Shown here piece by piece: positions 34,966 to 52,800 of a stretch of 64,000 nucleotides of DNA. Source of the stretch: Microbotryum violaceum (lineage: Eukaryota). Under the pieces are notes generated by a model. The model was given only the letters and a program-made list of their open reading frames with translations. It was not told where the DNA came from and ran no database searches. A program made the position numbers and the translations under genes. Numbering within the stretch: position 1 is the stretch's first letter; every line of letters starts with the position of its first letter. The stretch lies in the NCBI GenBank assembly GCA_001244265.2, contig CDLV01000014.1, forward strand, positions 806,001 to 870,000, in the 5' to 3' direction.

Positions 34966-36389
34966 ATAAACTCATCAAGGGCGGACCCTGCATGTAGAGT
35001 GTCCAACAACAACTTGTGATGTTGGACTTTTCAGACTCAGATCGCGTCTCCTTGCCCGCTTCCCTTCGCGAATAAAGGTCGAGTTCATTCTTTCACAGCC
35101 GTCTTGCGAATAGCACTGCATGAATGTCGTCGGACCTGCATATTACTACATAAAAACAAAGTCAGGCCAGATTTATGCCCTCCAGCAGAACCTGAATTTT
35201 GAAATCACCTGTAGACAGGAAGACATGACTGACAGTCTCGCTGCCCGGCATGCGCGAATGGCTTTTCGGCTGATAATCGTCAACATCCAGGGAGATTCGT
35301 CGATTTTCGACCTCATATACTGCTCGGACTTTGCGCATATACCCGGGGGCCGTGTACGAACGAGAGCGTTGCCGCGTTCGGATCGCGACGCCGCGCCAAT
35401 GCTGCCAAACGCCCGGTACGTGCGCGCCATCAGTTTCGTCGTGCCACGCGACATCCCCCGCCCTGTAACAGGGGCGGGTCCGACTGGCGTTCTGGGTACG
35501 CGACTTGTGCCCTTGAGCTGCGAGAAACTATCAAGTCGAGAATTTGATCTTGCTCACAGTGGAACCTTCTATTCCAGCCAAACGGGTGAGACCCAGTAAT
35601 AGCTGATGTCAATGGGTGCGGACGAATGGGGATTGTAATTGTAAACGTCCTGGATGTCTTACTCGCTATGTCTCAGACCGCCAGTTTGAGACGGCGTCCT
35701 CGACACCGGCCCAAAGTCCAGACTCCCTGGGTCCAGATTGCAGCGAGTCAGCGACATCGAGCCGGCGTACGCGTCCCTCCCTCGGTGACCGGGTCCCATG
35801 GGTTAGGTCTTTATCCGGGACGGGGCGGCCGTTTCTTTGGTCTTATTACCAGTAGAGCTACAGGTACCTTCGCAACGTCTTTCACCGATGTTCGTTTGTC
35901 GTCAGTTGCCATTTGGCCTCGGTTGGACCGGCCGCGGCGCGTCGAGCTCGAAAATTACCTGATGGCGGACGCTGCTGAAATTTGAGCCATGCCAGGCTAA
36001 CGGCTATAAGCAATCGAAGTACTACCGTTGCCTCGCTCGTTCGAGGCAGGATCCACTTGGGCATCTCACTTTGCTTTCCCGTCTTTAGCATCCCTGCGTT
36101 CCCTCAAACATCCGTCCCGAAGCACAGACAACGTGACCGATCGATCTCCCGAGACCCACAGCGCGATCGGACACTCCGCTCGTTCGTAGAGCCCAGTCAG
36201 GGCAGGTCCAAGCGAGATCGCCCCTTTCGCCCACTGGCGCTGGTCTTGTCCGTCGTGACTGAGTCCGCGTGTGGGACAAGGTGGTAGTGCGCCATCGCAA
36301 CGCACGCGCCTCTGACAGATCTATTGCGCATGGAATCGACACCGACTCATGCCATTCTTGCGCCGACCGAGTCGTCGAGTCACCTCACA

Positions 36390-39159
<2,770 letters not shown>

Positions 39160-40198
39160 GCTCGTCGTCCCTTCTCTGCATTGGATCGACTTGAGGGGGC
39201 AAACCACGATGAGGTAACTCGGTCGCCTTTTTCGTTTCTTCTCCATCATCTGTCGCATGTCTTCTTATCTTTATCGCATCTCATTTCAGCATTTCATTCA
39301 TTTCTTCCGCTCTGCTTGTCTTTCTTCGGGGAGCCTCCCCTCTCTGCTTGTACTGTTCTACTCTCGCAACTAGCATAAGCCATCGTCTTCGCGAACGTTA
39401 GCACGTCCGCTAATATTTCAACTTCAAACGGGATGCAGGGACCGATCTGATCACGTATTATGAATGTCCGCACTGAGAAATTGGCGCATGCGTGTAAGAC
39501 GGCTTGCCCCGGCGCTGCCTCGGCTGTCCTCGGCTACTCCTCGGCTCGCCGGGGAGGTTCCCCGTGTTTTGTTTCGCTCCAAGCTTGAGGTCTTTGGTCT
39601 CTGTTGTCTACCAATTATCCGACCGGTCGCCTTCACTGAATCCGCTCTTGGACTATGTGAGCCTTCTCTTCCAAAGCTCAAGCTTACCCCAAATCAGGAT
39701 ATCGGCTTCCCAATGTGAGAAGACCTGAATCCGGCATTCTCAATCATTCCAGTGATTCGTGAACCGCCGGGCCCTCCTGACCCGACGGAGACTGACGGCG
39801 CTCGGCGAATTGCGAGGGAATGGCCCGACGTGCCTGGATCTGTCTCGTCGCTGCTACGTCTTCACGCCTGCACAGTGAGACACTACACCGACACGAAGGC
39901 CTGGTCGACCAAGCTAAGCCTCTACCTTGCCCTCTGCTGCCGCTGACGGGCTGTGCATCGGCATTGGGTTTCGTCTCTGCCTCCCAGCCCCACGTCTCGA
40001 AACAACTTGCAAGCTCTCGTTCGTACACTATCGTTAGCAGCCACTGTCTTCAGTAACTTGGCATCTCAATCAAGACCTCCCGTAGATTACACTCTGGATA
40101 TCCTACCTCGACCAGCCAACACCGTTGACGCGGTACACCCCCACTTGGAACAAGCACCCGCTCTTTAACTCATCTCTCTCCCCGACACCCAGTGCGTC

Positions 40199-41901
40199 AT
40201 GTTGGCCACAAGAAGGTTGTTCCAATTGAATCGATCCAACACGATCGGGTTTATTGGTCTTGGTGCCATGGTCAGTCGCGCGACCATCAACGGCGCCTGG
40301 GAATCGACTTGGGCTTGGCATCGCTGACCTCCTTTGCTCTGCCCGTCCACCAACCGCGCCCACCCATCCCATCTTCATTCGAACACGGCCATCAAATCAC
40401 CCAACTCGCCGACTTCCGAGTCTAGGGCCGTGGTATGGCCGCAAACTTGCTCAACAAAACTTTCGCCAACCAAGAAGGTGTCTACGCCCCCGAAAAGCAA
40501 AAACCCGCTTTCGTCGTCTACGACGCCCACACCCCAGCCGTCGACGCCTTCCTGAACCAACATGTCCGAGCCTACGCCGGTCGCGATATCATCCCCGCTT
40601 CGTCCCCCGCTGGAGTCGCCAAGTTGGCTTCCACGATCGTCACCATGTTGCCTTCGTCGCCTCAGGTCCAAGAAGTCTATCTCGGCGACAACGGTTTGTA
40701 CGACGGGGTTGAGGGTCTTGAGGGCAGCGAGCGGAAAGCCGAGACCTTGTTTATCGATTGCACGACGCTCGAGCAAGGCGTTGCCAAGGAGGTGGCTGAG
40801 AAAATGGGCACGCTCGGTTCAGCCATGATCGATGCACCCGTTTCGGGAGGTAAGGGGGAACAGAGGGACTTCTGGGCGAGCCCACGAGCCGAATCTGCGC
40901 CGGCACTGACGATGCCTCGTCCCGATCCTCGGTGGCCTGCTTCTCTTTGTTCCAGGTGTCGTCGGAGCTCAAGCCGGAACGTTGTCGTTTATGGTTGGAG
41001 GTCCGAAGGAGGCTTATGAACGAGCTCAACGATTCTTGACGTTGATGGGTGCGAGGTCGATCTACTGCGGAGACAGTGGTAACGGGTTGGCGGCCAAGAT
41101 CTGCAACAACTTGCTGTTGGGTGACTAGGGGTAGCAAATATCGATGCGACCGTTCGACTTGGCATGTACTCACTTTTCTTTGAATTTGTGCACACCAGGT
41201 ATCTCGATGGCGGGTACGGCCGAAGCGATGTTGCTTGGCCAATCGCTCGGCCTCGCCCCGGATTTGCTCGCGTCTATCCTCAATACCTCTGTAAGTTCTT
41301 CCCATGGACAATCATCGAATGGGTATTACCTTCTCACTTTATATGCGGTACGCAGACTGGGAAATGCTGGGCGTCCGAAATCAACAACCCCGCACCCGGC
41401 GCATTGCCCAAACTGAAGCCGCCAGCCGATAGGGGATACCAGGGAGGGTCAGTTTCTTCAAACTTTTGGGCCGCGTAGTCACCTCCAGAGCTTGAGAACC
41501 CATATAAGAGCCTTTCCGCTTCAGATTTCTGTCCAAATTGATGGCCAAAGGTTCGCACCTATCGTGCTGCGCGGGTGTCAGGCAAGTGCTTCAACTGACC
41601 GACGCCCCTCCTCGACTAGATCTGAACCTCGCCATTGCGGCATCGAAAACGACGGGGACACCTTTGCCCGTGGGTGGTCTCACAACAACCCTTGTACGTC
41701 AATTGTCTTGCACCTGCTTCATATGGACTCAGACTGACACACCTTCTTTGTCCGCGTATTTCCTAGTACAACACCCTGTCCAAACACGATGATTTCGCCA
41801 ATATGGACTTCTCGAGTGTGTACGAGTACCTGCGAATCGCACAAGAAGGGGCCAAGCAGACCGAAGGCGGCGATCCATTCACCGGGGGGCGTAAGCAGTA
41901 A
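40199..41901 (+). CDS. HIBADH: 3-hydroxyisobutyrate dehydrogenase, mitochondrial
   Basis: IGFIGLGAMG, TMLP, DAPVSGG, TLSFMVGG, AAKICNN and DFSSVYEYL. Confidence 0.92.
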
Positions 41902-42031
41902 TTGAGAAACACTTGAAAATGACAGAACACAGAAGGCCGTGCATGATGAAACGAGGTGTAGTACAATCTAGATTTGGTGCACGCATTCTAAGGCTGATGG
42001 GTGAAGGTAGAGGTACCGCTGGGTCTTGTCG

Positions 42032-43678
42032 CTATGCCATGACGAGGATGAACGCGGTTGTAGCCCACGACACGTATAGCACACCCATCGGTGCTTGGAT
42101 TAGATTGAACGGGGGCGTATACGACGCTGATGACGTTTTCCCCGCTGGCTGGCCGGTGAGGACCCCTGTGGATCCTGCAATGACGGCCGTGGTGAAAGCG
42201 ACCGTTGGATTCGCGACCGATCTCGAAGAGGTGACGGTCGGAACGGCGATCGGGATATAAGTTGGTTTCATCGATACGATCGAGCCATTCATCAGTACCG
42301 TCTCCCCCGAATCGATAGCTCCTCCTGATTCCGCGGTCTGTAGAGCGTTGAGGATGACTTGGGCCAATAGACCATGAACGGGCCATGTTGGGTGGTAGGA
42401 GGAGGCCCAGACCATCTCAGTGAATGGCCAAGGGCAAAGAGGCGAGTCAACGAAAGGGTCCCCGGAGACGTATTCGTAAGCCGGGCAGACATTAGTCGCG
42501 TCGACGAATCCATATCGAAAGGGGTCGTCGAGGAGAGAGTTAAAGAAAGGTTGGGTGTCAAAGAGCATCGCTTTCGTACCGGGGTAATTGAGCGGGATCC
42601 GTGGGATGAAGGATGCGAGCATTGCATTGTACTTGTCGACGTTTGCGCCAAAGATGGTGATGTTGGTCGCATTGTAGGATTGAACCAGAGGCGTTCTTTG
42701 GGTTGGGGGAACACCGAGGACGAGAAAGTTGCGGGCCCCGTACGAGTAGAGGGTATTGATCACGTCGACCCACGTCTTGTTGAACCGAGGCTGAGCGTCG
42801 GCGTACAAAATGTTCTGGATGAATCTGGATCGTCCATAGATCTGGTCAGTATAGCTACCGCAAGGAACAGCGCTGTCGAAAGGGGCACAATCTCACCCGA
42901 ATCCTACATCGTTGATACCGATCCAGATCGCTTCGCCGATACGAATAAAATATCAGCAAGTGGAGACACGGACCAAGGCGTTGTACTGGCAGGACATGAC
43001 GACTCACTGAACAAGGTGTCATTGCTAAGCCACTTTGCTTGAGGTGGAGGAGGAACGAAAAACCTGTGAAAGTCGATCACTTGGTCGACCAGATCCGGCG
43101 CTGTTGAAGGTACAATCGCATTCGAGGTCGTGGCGCCGAATCGCGCAAAGTCAAACATTTGTCGACTAGCGTTGACGTTCGGGTTCGAGAGCGCGAGGTA
43201 CTGGAACCAGTTTAATCCATTGGTGGAGGTGTTGCCAAAATAGGTGATGTTGTTGATCCCGTTGGCTGGGTCGTACCCACTCGCGGTGTAGGAATCACCG
43301 AACCCGAACTGTTTCGACGTCCGACACCATGTCAGAAAAGGTTGGCGGGCGCTGGTCAGTCCGAAGGCGGTTCGACAGAACAAGCCAGTGTGGGCATTTC
43401 ATTTCACCTACGAAGTGCTTGAAGCTGTAGTAGTCCAATGGCTCACCCGCAGTCAGCAGTATTGGGTCTGCGGTTGCGACGGACAAGAGCCTTGCGATGA
43501 GCAGTACTAGCATCCCTAGAGCGGGAACGACAACCCGCCGGAGTAAGCTTGGCCGTCGGGCACGAACTCCGGCTACGGCACCGTCATGACCATGGGCGGC
43601 AAGGGGGATCGCCAGCTCGTTCACTGGGCCCCTTGGTCTCCGTCGAGCTGCCGATAAAGAGTGGCTGATGTGCTGCAT
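42032..43678 (-). CDS. SGNH/GDSL hydrolase, carbohydrate esterase family 16-like, with a Ser/Thr-rich stalk and hydrophobic C-terminus
   Basis: FGDSYT, TSTNGLNW, DFARFGAT, LYSYGARNFLVLGVPP, FDTQPFF and YHPT, plus an N-terminal hydrophobic segment. Start uncertain. Confidence 0.85.
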
Positions 43679-44306
43679 CGCGGTGTCGGAACGTCACATG
43701 AGGCCTTTAGGTCCAGAGATGGAGTTGCTCCGCGGGGCCGAGTCAGCCGAGTTCCGGCTAGCTCGAGCGTTGATGAGGAGGAACCGGGGGGAGCCATTTC
43801 GATTTCGCCGCGTCGAAGCGGTCACGGGAAAGTCGACAGCGGTCGGGTGTGGGTCCGTGCGCGCGTGCGTGCTCGCTCATGCGCCTAGCGCGTTCCGTGA
43901 GGCCTACGTTTAGGAGAGTTCCGCAACCAGACAAATCCTAACTTCCAACCGTCTTGGACTTTGTGACAGCTTCCATCGTGAGGGGGCGTAGCATCTCTCG
44001 CCTTGTGTCCGGCCGCTTACCACTGGCGAGGGACGCAAGTGGGGGTTCAACGGGTATCGCTGTTGGCGGAGACGCAGCATGTTGTCCCGAGGCAGCAAGT
44101 CCAAGTACGTCTGATGCTGGTCCCACGTGGTTCTAATATACCGCTTACTAACCGAGAGCTCTATGGCTGCAGCGACAGGCATGTGCGATCGCCTGTGAGC
44201 CCCTGTCTCCAGAACGTGTCGCGACGCGTCGCACCGCCTTCGTGCGACCTCGGACTGGTGTGACAGATACTGAATCGGCACCGCCTCTCCTTCACAGTCT
44301 TTTACG

Positions 44307-46654
44307 ATGGCGTTTCCCGAGTCGACTTTGAAGAGGAAGAGACCGTTAGGCATACCACGGATCACGTTCGTCCGCATCGAACTCAACCGGCGGCGAGCGC
44401 TCGTGCTTCCCGTTTTGCGACTATTTCTGCCCGGTGCAGGCCCCGCTTTGCCCCAGTCACGACTACTCAGTTCCCACATCAATACAGAATACAAGCGTAG
44501 GGACAGTATACCCGACGACATCATCGAGATGCACTTTGCCCGCACTCTGCTCGTCGTTGTCGCTTCGTGGATCGTCTTTGTCGGGCCTCTCATTCTTCTC
44601 ATTTTGACCGTGCGACTCGCCTTTCGGTCCAAAAACGTCTTCAAGACCATCTTCAGACCTGAGGAAATAGAGCGGATTTGGAGATGGGAGATTGCGTGTG
44701 GGCATTATCCCTCGGCACATCCAATCGACATCACTTTCGGCACTCACTCGCATCAGGCCGGGGTCGTCACCCAAATACCGAACCCGGCACGACCATTCAT
44801 CGGTTCCGATAACCTTCTGGTAGAAGAAAACACTAGCCTGACGGTCAAGATCGTCCCCACGGGTCCCTCGCGCTTCTACCTTGTCCCGGAACCACTCGTG
44901 CAAATAGACGGTAAAACCTACCTCTCGCGACCGGCCAGCAATGCAGCGCTCGACATGGATCAGGTCATGGAACACTGCGAGTTTCCAAAGGGCTATGTGC
45001 GAGATTGCTTGACGTTCTTGCGCGGCGAATCCGTCGATATCAAAGCTCGGCGCAGGTATTTCGTTGCCGAGGAGGCCGACTCAATGCTCAGCGAGCAAGT
45101 CCTGTCCGAAGTGGAGGTGCAGAGGGCATCGATGGGCAAGGTGATCAGCGTCGACAGCAACGTTCAGTTCGAAAGAAAGCTCCAAGCCCGGGAACAGTTG
45201 TCCCTCGCATCCCTGCCCATGATCTCATCTCCTCTCCGACAACGTCACGCGACCTTTCCCAACGCCGACATCGCATGCGATCCCGAACACCCGCGGCTTC
45301 TGCACATGTACTGGACTGGACCCTTCACCGACAAGCCCTACATGGCGGTCATCTCATTTCTATACACGCAAAATCTCGGACTGAACATACCCTTGGGTGA
45401 ACACCCGTCCAAGACTCACTGCCGACCACAACTCTGGATTTGGATCAACCCCGTCTCGGCGGCTGCACTCCTGCCACCGGAAGGTGCGGCCGAACAAATT
45501 CAACGCGATCTAGAAGCCAACAAATGGAGCAGCGCACTACTCCACCCGCGTTGGCGTGATGTGGTGCATTTCAAGCTCTGGAACACCTCGCAACAACTCG
45601 ACAATGCCGAGGAACTCAAGGGGTGGCGGGAGAAGAGCTTGTTCAACTCGCACGGTTACAAGTACAAAGTAAGTGAGCAGCGATGTCCCCTCCCCGTGAG
45701 TCTGAGCTGATTCAATCCGCGCAATGGAGCAGGACACGGTCAAGAAAACAAACGAGGAATTCCGGCGGGTTGGGACGACCGACAGCTCGCATTACGACCG
45801 CCTTTCGGTCGTCATGTCCGACATGGCCCGCTTCCTGCTCCTACACCAGTACGGCGGAATGTACGTCGACGCCGACACCATCTTCTTGCGGGATTGGGAA
45901 CCACTCTTTTCGTGGCGAGGCGCTTTCGCGTACCGGTGGTCGAGGCTCAATCTGTACAATACCGCCGTGCTCAAGATGGATCGCAAGACCGCGCTCGGCC
46001 ATTTCATCGTTCGAACGAGCGTCGAGAATGGCTTCGATTTCCACCCCATGAGCGTTGCGCACTACACCCAGAACGCTAAGACCCAGAACCTGCTCAAAAT
46101 GCTGCCAGATGCTCTCTTTGATCCTGCTTGGCTCAACACGTGAGTGCTTCCTCGAGACGCTGCTTTCAACCAGAACCGACCATCTTGCCTTTCTTCAGCG
46201 AGAACTATCAGCGAGATCGCCCAGCTCAACCCTACTTCAAAAAGTGCGTCTGGCGCGCAGCGAAGACTACCCATTCCGATCGCAGAGCTCACGCACGATC
46301 TTGATGCCTCTTCTCTTCAGATTCGAGGACTTCTTTCAGCCGCCGAAAAAGGGTCGGGGAGGGCCGGCGACTTTCGATCATTTCTTCAAAGGCGCCTTCT
46401 CTTACCACTACCATAACTTTTGGTGGCAACCTTTCGACCCGGTGCGGAACTATCCCGACCTTGATCCAAAGGTCGAGAGGGCGTCGCTTTCAGGGCAAGA
46501 GCAGGGCGAGATGTCGTGGTCGACGATGCTGAAGCGACATTTTGAGGCCTTCATCCGAGCCGAGGAAAGGAACATGTACGGAGAGATGATCGATTTACGT
46601 CCTGAAGAGACCGACGACGGTGACGATGTCATTGATGACGATGACGACACATAA
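44307..46654 (+). CDS. DXD-motif glycosyltransferase (GT32-like), type II membrane protein
   Basis: N-terminal TM segment, LHMYWTGPFTDKPY, SDMARFLLLHQYGGMYVDADTIFLRDW, YNTAVLK and FSYHYHN. An extra upstream exon is possible (acceptor at 44297). Confidence 0.8.
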
Positions 46655-46806
46655 CTACTTGCTTCTAGATAGATATCGGTAGTGTTGAATGCTGGCGTGA
46701 AGTGCAATTGCAATGCAGATTAACAGCTATACGCACCGTGCGGATGCGTGTGGAAAAGCACATGAACAACAAAAAGAGAAGCAGGGTATGCAGAGACGTC
46801 ATTCTC

Positions 46807-49800
46807 TCAATGAGAAGATTGCTTGTATTTGTCACTCGCCTCGATCTGGGCCGAATCGGGATCGAACGTGTTCCGAAGGCCCAGTAACGCTTTCGACACC
46901 GCTTCCGAGGCCCCAATCATCGGCTTGAGCACGGCGACGGGAACAGCGCGGACAACGGCTCGAACGGGACCGTCGTCACCGGTTTGCTCATACATCTCCA
47001 TAGGCAGGGCTAGGATCGTCTGCGCGGCCGAACGCAGTTGTCCACCCATGGTGCGGTAGGCCGACTCGATCCCTTCTCGCACGTCGCTGGGCTGCGCAGC
47101 ATACCGACTGATGAGTTCTTGGCGCTCTTCGTCGGTGAGCAGGTGGATCGGATCGTTGTCCTCCGCGGAGGCGGAACCCTTGTCGGATGTTCCCGCAACC
47201 GAAGGAGCGTTGCGGTTGAGACCGTCATAGCTTGCACGCGTCGGCACAGAGGGTCGGTTCGAGCTTCGACCGCCGCCGCCGCCGCCGATGAACGTTTCGG
47301 CCTGCTCCAGGATGACTTGAGTACCAGTCGCAAGTCTAGCGCCAACACTGAGCGCCTCCATCGTCGTCTGAAGGGCGAAGGCAGTGGCGCCCTTTTGTAG
47401 TCCACGAACGACGCGACCGTCTTTGCGGAATTGCTCAATGGGGAGGAGGACAAGATTTGCTACCCCGGAACCGACGTTGACAACAGAGCGAAAAGGACCA
47501 ATGCCGGAGATCACATCAGCGAGCTGGTTGGCCTTGACGTCCTGGGTCCAAATGTCTTGGACGAGGTCCGATAGACGTGTCGAACCGGCAATCCCCGTCA
47601 CGACCAGATGCCGCAAGGTGATCTCGGAAGCATCAAAGTTGAAAAAGTTCATCAACTCGGCCGTCTTGCCACGACGAAGCGCGTGGTAGTCGACGCGTTT
47701 GGCTTTGTAGTCAAGCTTGATCTTGACAGGAAGAACCTCGACTCGCTGGAAGAAAGGCTCTGCCGAGGTGGCGTTCGGCGCCCTCTCGGCAGTACCAGCT
47801 TTTGAGGCCTTGTTGGGCGCGTGGAAAGCGCCGAAAGCCTTGAGAAAGTCAAGAGCATCTTGATCGACGTAGAGTCGAAGAGGAGAGATCTTGATCTGCG
47901 CGTGAGAGATTGTTCAATCTTTCGAGAGCGTAAAAGATTAAGGAGGAAGCAGTGACATACCTTCAGGGCAAGTTCTTCACTAGCTCCAACTGAACGACCG
48001 ACGGGACGCATCTTGTCGAGCTCGACTCGAGCCATCGACGTCCCCGATGCCCGAGGTACTCCTCCATCAACAGGCCTTAATTCGGTAAGGAATTTGCGCC
48101 AAGTCGAAGTTTTGACGTTGTCGAGGATGTCAAACGCGTTGACGTCGATACGGATTCGAGAGGCCCACTTTTCCGTCGCACCAAAAGCATCGAACCGAGC
48201 CGACAACGCCGTCAGATTGATCTCGATCGCATGCGACGTCGATCGGGTCAGTCGCTTGCGAGACTTTCCCACGGCCGTCCTTGCAAGCTGAGAAGTGCGA
48301 GCGATGTTTGGCGTAGCTGCGCCACTGGGCATCGTTTGCCAACTGCTGACTGAAGCCGCGCTTGCTTCTTCGCCCACGTCCGATGACGTGTCATTGAGCT
48401 CCTCGTTGATCGCAGCGAGCAATTCTTTGGGAGGCAGCTCGAATGCGCCAGGCGACAGGCCGAGTTGAACGGATCCGAATACAAGAACCGAGGCTTGCTG
48501 TTCTGCGCTTGCATCGGCAGTTTGACCGCTCGCGAGTAGCTGCCGGATCCGTTCGAGGCGGCGACGGATGGCCTTGCGTTCATCCTGAATGGCTTTGCGG
48601 GTCGTATGCCAATCGTATCCTTCGTGTAGCATTATGGAGATATCGCAATTCAAGACGCGACATCGTGTGATGCTCGGTGGACTGATACGAAACGCGGGGA
48701 ATGAAATTTGAGCAATCGGCTCGATAAAAAGGGTCCGGGCATGTGACGACTTACCATCCGATGCGAGCATCTTCCTCTTCTCGAGGCACAGCCAAGTACT
48801 CATCCAGGATACGAAGGCCTTTTGGATCAAGCATGCGGATTGTCTCGCCATCGATGTCCGAAATGATTTCCCCAGGACGATCAGTAGAGGCCTTTTGTCC
48901 AGGGCTAGGTGGTTGCGGCGTTTGTCGCCCACGCGAGCTGGGAGTTTGTTGGAGCGCATCGGCGAGGTAGGCCAGGTTAGTCGGCACATCATCGGCGAGG
49001 ATTTCGGGGCAGTCGACCAACAATTTGGCGTGCTCGAATGCGCTGGGATCGAGGCTCGCGAGCACGTCTACAGACGACTGGCCCAGGTGCACGCGCTGAG
49101 TTGAAAATTTGGGTGCTGGGACGGGTGACTCAGTCGTTGAGGGTCGGAAGAAGGCGCTTTGAAGAACGTCGTTGATGATGTCACTAACACATGACATTGA
49201 GTCTGCGCAGATTGAAAGTTTCACCCTCGAATCGGCGACCTCGAGCTCAAAGTCGGGCAAGACGAGGCCATTGCCCTGTCGGATTTGGATCGACGAGCGC
49301 TCGAGATGCGCCAACTCGGCGAAACCCCGCGTCTTCCAAAATTTGAAGCCAAGTTCGCGTGACGCGTCCTCGGTTGACAAGGGATCTCCTGCACCTTCGA
49401 CGACAAGAAGTCGCACCTCCTTCGGTTCGACGATGATCACCGTCCTAGGCATGTCGGGCATGAGATTCGTCGCCACTCTTGCCTGACCAATCGAAACGAC
49501 GAGCTGCGACCCGTCCGGCGTCGGTGATGTAACGTGGATCGAGCCATTGTTGACATTCAGTCTGATCCGGGTCAATTCATTCGGCACGACCGTTTCGAAT
49601 GCACCAGCCGGCGCTTTCGCGAAAGTCGACAGCTCGCGCGTCCAGTCGAGCTCAGCGGTGAAGAAGTAGGTGAAGTTGCTCAACGTGAGCTGCACCTTGG
49701 ACTCTTTGAGGCTCGTCGATTTTTCGACTGAGCTGGTAAAGTCAATCCGGAGCACGGGGTCCGTGGCTGCAGCCGTGGGTCGAGGAGCCACAGTACGCGC

Positions 49801-52800
49801 GAAGATCTGTGTGTTCGTCGAGGAATTTGATGGTGCTTCGAACGTCACGTTTCCGAACGTGGCGAACACATGCAAGTCGTTTTGGCTGTTGCGCAGCACA
49901 TGAAGGTCGATATCGACGTCGGCAGCGAGAGCTCGAAGGTGCCTGTGGGCCTGCTTCCCCTCGTGGCCCGGACCTGCCGGTTGGACCTGTTTATCCATCC
50001 AGAGGTCCAGGACGAGGTCCGTAACCTCGACTTTGACGGTCGTCGCGCTCACCCCAAAATCACCACTACTGTCCTCGCTCTCGCTGTCGGCTCGCGCACG
50101 ACCCCTCGAGAAGCTCTTCGCGCCAAAGTATCGACTGCTGATCATCTTGGGATTGCGTTCCGAGCGTATTGAGAAATCTATCGAGCTGTCGTCGACCCGT
50201 GCATCGGCGAGGCGGGAGCTCCATTGGGCCAGGTCATCCGCGAACAACTGAAGACCGTCCAGGGTCATTTTGTCCACCGAGGCACGGAGTAGAGGAAGCG
50301 AGCATTCAACTACGGTCGTTGTGCTCGTATCCGCGGAAGTCGGGGACTGGGGCGACGAGTCTCCTAGACCTGCAAGTTCAACAGATTGCTGTCGAATCTT
50401 GATCAAAGGCACCCGTGGTCGGTTCTCCACAGGGTGGTGGGCGAGATGGGTAAGTGACAGCAAGGCCCGAGCCGTGGACCACGCATCATCATTGCTGGGC
50501 GGAGGCGCAAAAAAGGCCAAGGCACGCGTCACGGAAATCGTTGTCGTACCAATGGGATCATCAGGCGAGCGCGGGAGAAGCGATACGGCGAGGTCGTGAA
50601 AATCGAGCACGACGATGCCGGACCTCAGAGGATCGTCCCAAGCCCGAGCCCGACCCAAGCTACCCTTGGGCGGTGGGCAACGAATCGAAATTCTTAGCAT
50701 AGAAATATTGACGTCTAGGCCCGATGTAGCTCTCTCAGGCGGGGCCGCATCACTGAACGGAGCCGACCTGTTGTGCGGACGATTGAAACCGACGGGCGTC
50801 GAGGGCCGAGGAGTTTGAGTGTCATGCTGCCCACTGCTGTCGGCCGTTCCAATGACCGAGACGAAGGTTTGCAACCGCTCGACGAAGCTCAGATCGAGGA
50901 ACAAGTGGATCGGCTGCAATCGTATGGAATCTGGCGGAGAAAGGGTCGAATCTCAGCAGATGGCACGGTATGATACTCTCGCGGGACTCACTGGAGCCGC
51001 TTTGCACTGTCACTGTCGCAGCGGGTGCTGGCTCCTCCGGCTTCATCGCTTTAATACCCACTCTCAGCTTGAAACGAGTTCTCCATCCTTTCCCTTCCGC
51101 GAGCTTGTTCCTCTTCCAATCGATCAAGTCGAAGATAGGGAACGCGTCCTCGACATTATATTGCCTTTCTAAGTCTGGATCCGAGACGAGGATCGGAAGA
51201 GTGGTGTTCTTGACCTGCCCTTCGCTTGTCGTAGTACAGAGTGATTCGACGAGCGAAAACGAGCGCAGTGGAAAAATGGTATGCGGTGGATCTGTAGAGT
51301 GCCGTTCGACAAAGGCTCCCATCCCTTCAAGACGTAATCGCAGATGATCGCAGGGAAGGTTGAATATGGTTGGATGAGCCCAAAAGGTGTCGAGTTCGGT
51401 TGCTGAGGGCGTCATTGACGAGGGAGAGTGGGCGACAATGAGCTGGAAGAGCTTGACGCCGATCGCGATCGTCAGGTTCGGAGAGGCCGAGCGAGCTTGC
51501 TCCGGTGTAGCTCGCGATACCGTTTGAGTAGAAGGCGGAAGACGTGACGTCACGAGTTCGGCGAGTTGGAGGAAAGATTGAATCTGATATGGAAGTACGC
51601 TGATAGTGATTGGTACAGAAATGGTCGAACGAATCTCCAGCTTGGGCGGAGCTCCTCTGTTGAATCGCGGAAAGAGGTCCTCGGGCTCTGCCGGCGTTTG
51701 TGACTTGGGAGCAGCGGTGGACGTCAACGAAACCACGATGGGCTCAGATCCGAACGACAATATAGTGTCGGTTTCGATGGGCTCTGCCTCACCCTCAAGG
51801 AACGGGTTGCTGTTGCTGTCGTTGTCACGCGACTGGCGGCCTCCTATGCTCGACTGGTTGGACGATCTTTTCTCAAAGGTGGATCCTCTCGCACTGGCAT
51901 AGACGGACTCGCCCATAGGAGCACAACTCTGCGCCGACACGAATGACGTCCGTAAATCCGCGATCGATTGAGACATCATCATATCGTGTTCGGGCGTTAG
52001 ATCTTCGTCTTCTGATTCTTCCGATTCGGTTGACGATGCATCATCGTCGCCAGCTGGCTGAGTCGGTCGTGGTGTACCAGGTCTTCCCAGGTTCACGCCC
52101 GTCTTGAACCTAATGTCAGGCTTAGTTATCGACAGCTGGTGTTGGCTCAAGACGTCTTCGATCAAGCCATCGTTGCCAGGTACTTGATCACGCTCAGTAT
52201 CCTCGTAAACGATCTCGTCGATGCTAAAGACGAGTTGGTGCTCTTCCTCGTCGTCTTCCCATAGCAGCGTGACTTTGAGGTTTCTGACCCTCACCTGCAA
52301 CCTTGCCAGAATGCGATCGATCAAACCGGCCAGCATCGTGACCTCTTGAGCTTGTTCCTCGTCCATGGACGATCGACCGGCGGTGGTCGAGCCTCCACGC
52401 GTACTCCCAAAGGCGCCGGGGAGTTCGAGATCTGGCTCTGAGTGGATCGAGAGGTGCAGTGACTGTCGCAGTGCCTCATCATCCTTCTCGTCGAGTTGAT
52501 GCTTGACAAACTCGGACGCGACAGTGACGGACAAGATGCTCTCTGCCAAAGCTGCCTCGTCTCGCTCATCGTCTTGGTCCTCGTCTCCACGGTGATCGGG
52601 TGGCGATGTGGGGCGGCGATGACACTGAGAGGCTCGGGCTCGAGTTGCGCTGCCGCTGCCAGCATTGAGAGTTTCGTGCGACGCGGACAGCAAGTCTTCT
52701 CGATCGACATCGGATCCGTTGTTCGGGCTCGACCGAAGCGGTTGGACTTTGAGCGTGATGCACAAGTCGTCCACCTGCAACGACAGCGCTCGGCGTGAGG

